DNA of 28,912 bases from a virus (taxonomy: Duplodnaviria; Caudoviricetes): positions 1-28,912 of IMG/VR virus record IMGVR_UViG_3300025167_000046, one strand, 5' to 3'. The notes beneath the pieces are model-generated. The model did not search any database. It saw only the letters and a program-made list of their open reading frames with translations, and was not told where the DNA came from. Position numbers and translations under genes: made by a program. Of the stretch, positions 25,950 through 28,912 are shown piece after piece (within the stretch, counting starts at the first letter, position 1; every line of letters begins with the position of its first letter).

Positions 25950-26285
25950 ATGAACTTTAATGAATATCAAAATGAGACAGAAAAAACAGCAAAGTATCCT
26001 GATTTTACTATAATTCAACGATACTTAGAAGAACCTTCTTCTCCGATATATACTTTTTTGTATCCTGCTCTTGGCCTATCAGGAGAAACCGGAGAAGTAT
26101 TGGAGATTATAAAAAAGATAGTTAGAGATAGGAGAATAGTAACAGAAGAAGATAAGAAGAAGATAGAAGGGGAGTTAGGAGATGTTTTGTGGTATCTAGC
26201 ACAATTAGCTGCCAGATTTAATCTAAGTTTGGATGATATAGCCAAGAATAATTTAAAGAAATTAGAAGAAAGGTATGCGGAATGA
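25950..26285 (+). CDS. MazG-like nucleoside triphosphate pyrophosphohydrolase
   Basis: MNFNEYQ, LGLSGETGEV, ELGDVLWY, NLKKL. Confidence 0.88.
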   Translation: MNFNEYQNETEKTAKYPDFTIIQRYLEEPSSPIYTFLYPALGLSGETGEVLEIIKKIVRDRRIVTEEDKKKIEGELGDVLWYLAQLAARFNLSLDDIAKNNLKKLEERYAE

Positions 26286-26758
26286 AAGTTTATCTTAGTG
26301 GGCCAATATATACACAAAATACTCCCGAAGATAGAGAAGCAACTGACGGATGGAGGAATGAAGTAGATTTTTATTTTAGATCATGGAATGAAAGAAGTAT
26401 TGGGTTTGTGGAATCTGTAACTAAATTAGAAAATTATAAATTTATAGAAACAATTGATCCTTGTCGCAAGAAAGCAATTTATGACCCTAAAATATTTACT
26501 CCGAATGAGATCGTACTTCGTGATCTAAAGGACGTAAAAAATGCTGATATTATACTTGTTAATTTCAATCTCATTGGTAACAAATTGCCTATTGGTACTG
26601 TCATGGAAGTCATGTATGCGTGGAATTTGGGTAAGCCAGTTGTTATTGTATCTACAGATAATAGGATTATCAATCACCCTTGGCTTATTGCTATGTCAGT
26701 TCGGATTTTTGATGATCTAAAAACAGCATGTGATTATATTGTGGAGTTTTGGGCATAA
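26282..26758 (+). CDS. Nucleoside 2-deoxyribosyltransferase-like protein
   Basis: KVYLSGPI, RDLKDVKNAD, IGTVMEVMYA, GKPVV. Confidence 0.8.
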   Translation: MKVYLSGPIYTQNTPEDREATDGWRNEVDFYFRSWNERSIGFVESVTKLENYKFIETIDPCRKKAIYDPKIFTPNEIVLRDLKDVKNADIILVNFNLIGNKLPIGTVMEVMYAWNLGKPVVIVSTDNRIINHPWLIAMSVRIFDDLKTACDYIVEFWA

Positions 26759-26767
26759 GAGGTAAAA

Positions 26768-27121
26768 ATGGATAGATACGATCAACTTAAAACTACAAAA
26801 GGGAAACCCCACTTTCATACAGGTATTCACGCAGAAAGGTGTTGTGAACACAAATTTGGTGATGCTGGCAACTGCTGTCATTTGAATGGTGTTCAACACT
26901 CTTGGAATAAAACAGAAGATACAATCACAGAAGTACCAGAAATAATTAAAGTGGAAAAAGAGGAAAACGATGTCATGGTTGAGCCACAATTAAAACAAAT
27001 ACAAGAAATGGAAGAAAAATTAAAGACTAATTTACATATCGTGAAAAGAATTAGGGAGAAGATAGAATTGAATCTAGCAGAAAACCAAAAACTTCTGGAT
27101 GAATTTGCGAGGTTAATATAA
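26768..27121 (+). CDS. Hypothetical Cys/His-rich coiled-coil protein
   Basis: GAGGT RBS; CCEH...CCH. Confidence 0.65.
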   Translation: MDRYDQLKTTKGKPHFHTGIHAERCCEHKFGDAGNCCHLNGVQHSWNKTEDTITEVPEIIKVEKEENDVMVEPQLKQIQEMEEKLKTNLHIVKRIREKIELNLAENQKLLDEFARLI

Positions 27122-27405
27122 TGAGACAGTTAGAATTAATTTTGGAAGATAAAAAGTATGCGTTTATATTTCACAAACCAGATCAGGCTCCTACAGTTTT
27201 TGTTCTTGATTTTGAAGAACTGTCTGCCTTAGATACACTGATTAATATACTTCAAAAGTCCGGTGGACTACAGAAAGACCCTATAATTCATCAGCAAAGG
27301 TTTATGTTGGATATAGATAAACTGTTTGCGAAGATAGATAAACTTTTTCCTGGGGCATTAGATGAAAACAAGCCTTCCAAAGAGCCAGGGGGACATTATG
27401 TCTGA
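27121..27405 (+). CDS. Hypothetical protein
   Basis: TAATG-coupled. Confidence 0.65.
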   Translation: MRQLELILEDKKYAFIFHKPDQAPTVFVLDFEELSALDTLINILQKSGGLQKDPIIHQQRFMLDIDKLFAKIDKLFPGALDENKPSKEPGGHYV

Positions 27406-27787
27406 AAATCCAAAAGATTTATTGGGGGTTAAAAAAGTACCTGTTAATTTAATTCCTCCTGTAGCCATCATTCAAGAAGCTATGGCCATGAAGTTTGGAG
27501 CATACTTGACCAAAAGAAAAGATGGCACTACTGGGTATGGCCCCTATAATTGGAGAGAAGGGCAAATACAATTATCTATCTATCTGGCTGCTATAATGAG
27601 GCATTGGCTTGCTTATCTTGATGGAGAAGATTTAGCATCAGATAGTGGGGTTCATCATTTAGCACATATCAGGGCAGGATGCGGAATTGTATTAGATGCT
27701 ATTGCAAATGGTAATTTGATTGATGATAGACCAATAAAGGGAAAGGCAGCACAATTATTGGAGGCATTCAAAGAAGTAAATGAGTAG
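27398..27787 (+). CDS. dATP/dGTP diphosphohydrolase-like (DUF5664) protein
   Basis: NPKD..G.KK, LIP, FGA, YGPYNWR, AIMRH, GED..DSGVHHLAH. Confidence 0.82.
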   Translation: MSENPKDLLGVKKVPVNLIPPVAIIQEAMAMKFGAYLTKRKDGTTGYGPYNWREGQIQLSIYLAAIMRHWLAYLDGEDLASDSGVHHLAHIRAGCGIVLDAIANGNLIDDRPIKGKAAQLLEAFKEVNE

Positions 27788-28175
27788 AGATAAAAAGAAA
27801 TCAGACCATAGAAAATTGGGGCAGATAATTAAATCTATACATAAACACAGTCCTAAAACGGTGGCAGAGGAACAAAGTGTATCTAAGAAAAATGCGAAAA
27901 CAACTGTACTGCATGTTAGTTGGAATGGTCGCAGTAAGTTTGTTACTAATTAATTGCGCTCACAAACCACACATACTAAATAAAGATTGTGTGAAAGTCA
28001 AATCTAAGGGAGTAATAGTTTATATTTGCTATGAAAAATAGAGAGAAAGTAAAAATGTTTTTCATCAATTTATATTACTTACTTAATCCACATAGCGATA
28101 CTAATATTTGGATTAAAGAAAAAAAATTAAGTTGGTGGAAAGTTTTGTGGCATCAAGATTTGAGGTATAACAAAC

Positions 28176-28598
28176 ATGAACATTAGATTTTTTGAGATTG
28201 CCAAACTAGCTGCAATTAAAAGCGAACATAGGATTAAGATAGGGGCGGTGTTAGTCAAGAATGGCAAACCTGTAGCGATTGGGTTTAATAAGGTAGGTAA
28301 GACACATCCTAAAGCTGAATGGTTTATCCATGCAGAACTAGATTGTGTTTTAGAAACTAAACATACTAATTGGAAAAATACTGCGTTGTATGTTTACAGA
28401 ACGAATAGATTAGATCAAGTGCTGAATTGTAAACCTTGTCATAATTGTCAGGAAGTATTAAAACTGTTTGGAGTTAAAAAAGTGTATTATACTACAGGCG
28501 CAAGTATTGAAAAACAAGAATACCATAAATCTAATGTGCCTTACGGAGATTGGGTATATATATATCATGTTCCTGAATATGGAGAATTAAAACTATGA
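28176..28598 (+). CDS. Zn-dependent CMP/dCMP-type deaminase
   Basis: IGAVLVK, IHAE, KPCHNC, VKKVYY. Confidence 0.85.
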   Translation: MNIRFFEIAKLAAIKSEHRIKIGAVLVKNGKPVAIGFNKVGKTHPKAEWFIHAELDCVLETKHTNWKNTALYVYRTNRLDQVLNCKPCHNCQEVLKLFGVKKVYYTTGASIEKQEYHKSNVPYGDWVYIYHVPEYGELKL

Positions 28599-28600
28599 TT

Positions 28601-28673
28601 GGGGATGTGGCTCGAATGGATAGGCAGCAGTCCGTAAAATTGCGTCATGCAGGTTCAAGTCCTGTCGTCCCCA
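28601..28673 (+). tRNA. Atypical tRNA, GTA anticodon (Tyr-like), no encoded CCA
   Basis: Acceptor GGGGATG/CGTCCCC + A; anticodon arm GCAGT-CCGTAAA-ATTGC; T arm GCAGG-TTCAAGT-CCTGT; short variable loop; C33. Confidence 0.75.
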
Positions 28674-28698
28674 CTGATATTTTTAATAGGAGATAAAA

Positions 28699-28881
28699 AT
28701 GAAAAAATTAACTTCGTTTACTGTCATGGCAGATTTAAAAATAGCGACTACTATTATTATCGAAGCAGAATCTTTAGAGGATGCTATACTTAAATCTAAA
28801 GAACTCAGAGTAGAAGATTTTGTGGATGTTCAGGGAGAGTTGATGGATGGTGAAGTAAAATTGACAGGAGTGTATGAATGA
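28699..28881 (+). CDS. Hypothetical protein
   Basis: AGGAG RBS, 60 aa. Confidence 0.7.
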   Translation: MKKLTSFTVMADLKIATTIIIEAESLEDAILKSKELRVEDFVDVQGELMDGEVKLTGVYE

Positions 28882-28912
28882 AAAATTATTATGTAATACC
28901 GTTGGGAGAATT

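Noticed and set aside
1-28912. Stop-codon reassignment or suppressor tRNAs
   Set aside because: Genes are intact and tightly packed under code 11; the only break is a frameshift; no CTA/TCA/TTA anticodons.

Overview
Part of a tailed dsDNA bacteriophage genome with two divergent arms meeting at a non-coding control region (~11.2-11.87 kb). The left arm (minus strand) is the packaging/head module: putative TerS, five intervening genes (some virion-like), TerL, portal, a cluster of small basic proteins, scaffold and an N4-gp56-like major capsid protein. The right arm (plus strand) holds early/host-takeover microgenes (many Zn-ribbons, Gp88-like, C39-like peptidase, orphan HicA, minimal kinase), then an Rnl2-type RNA ligase, primase-helicase, a family A DNA polymerase split by a 1-nt frameshift, SSB-like protein, PD-(D/E)XK nuclease, endonuclease VII, GH108 endolysin and a nucleotide-pool cluster (MazG-like, NDT-like, DUF5664-like, deaminase). 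The main unexplained signals are: (1) complete tRNA genes nested in-frame inside protein-coding genes (tRNA-Trp in the primase-helicase linker, tRNA-Met in an AT-hook gene), with the other two tRNAs also in open frames; (2) a C-terminal motif shared by the scaffold and four adjacent small proteins, a candidate capsid cargo-loading tag; (3) an 11-bp-period array of nine DnaA-box-like repeats next to a sigma54-type promoter; (4) two sequence-unrelated intergenic elements with the same stem/hairpin/pseudoknot geometry. All family assignments come from motif recognition by eye; no searches were run.
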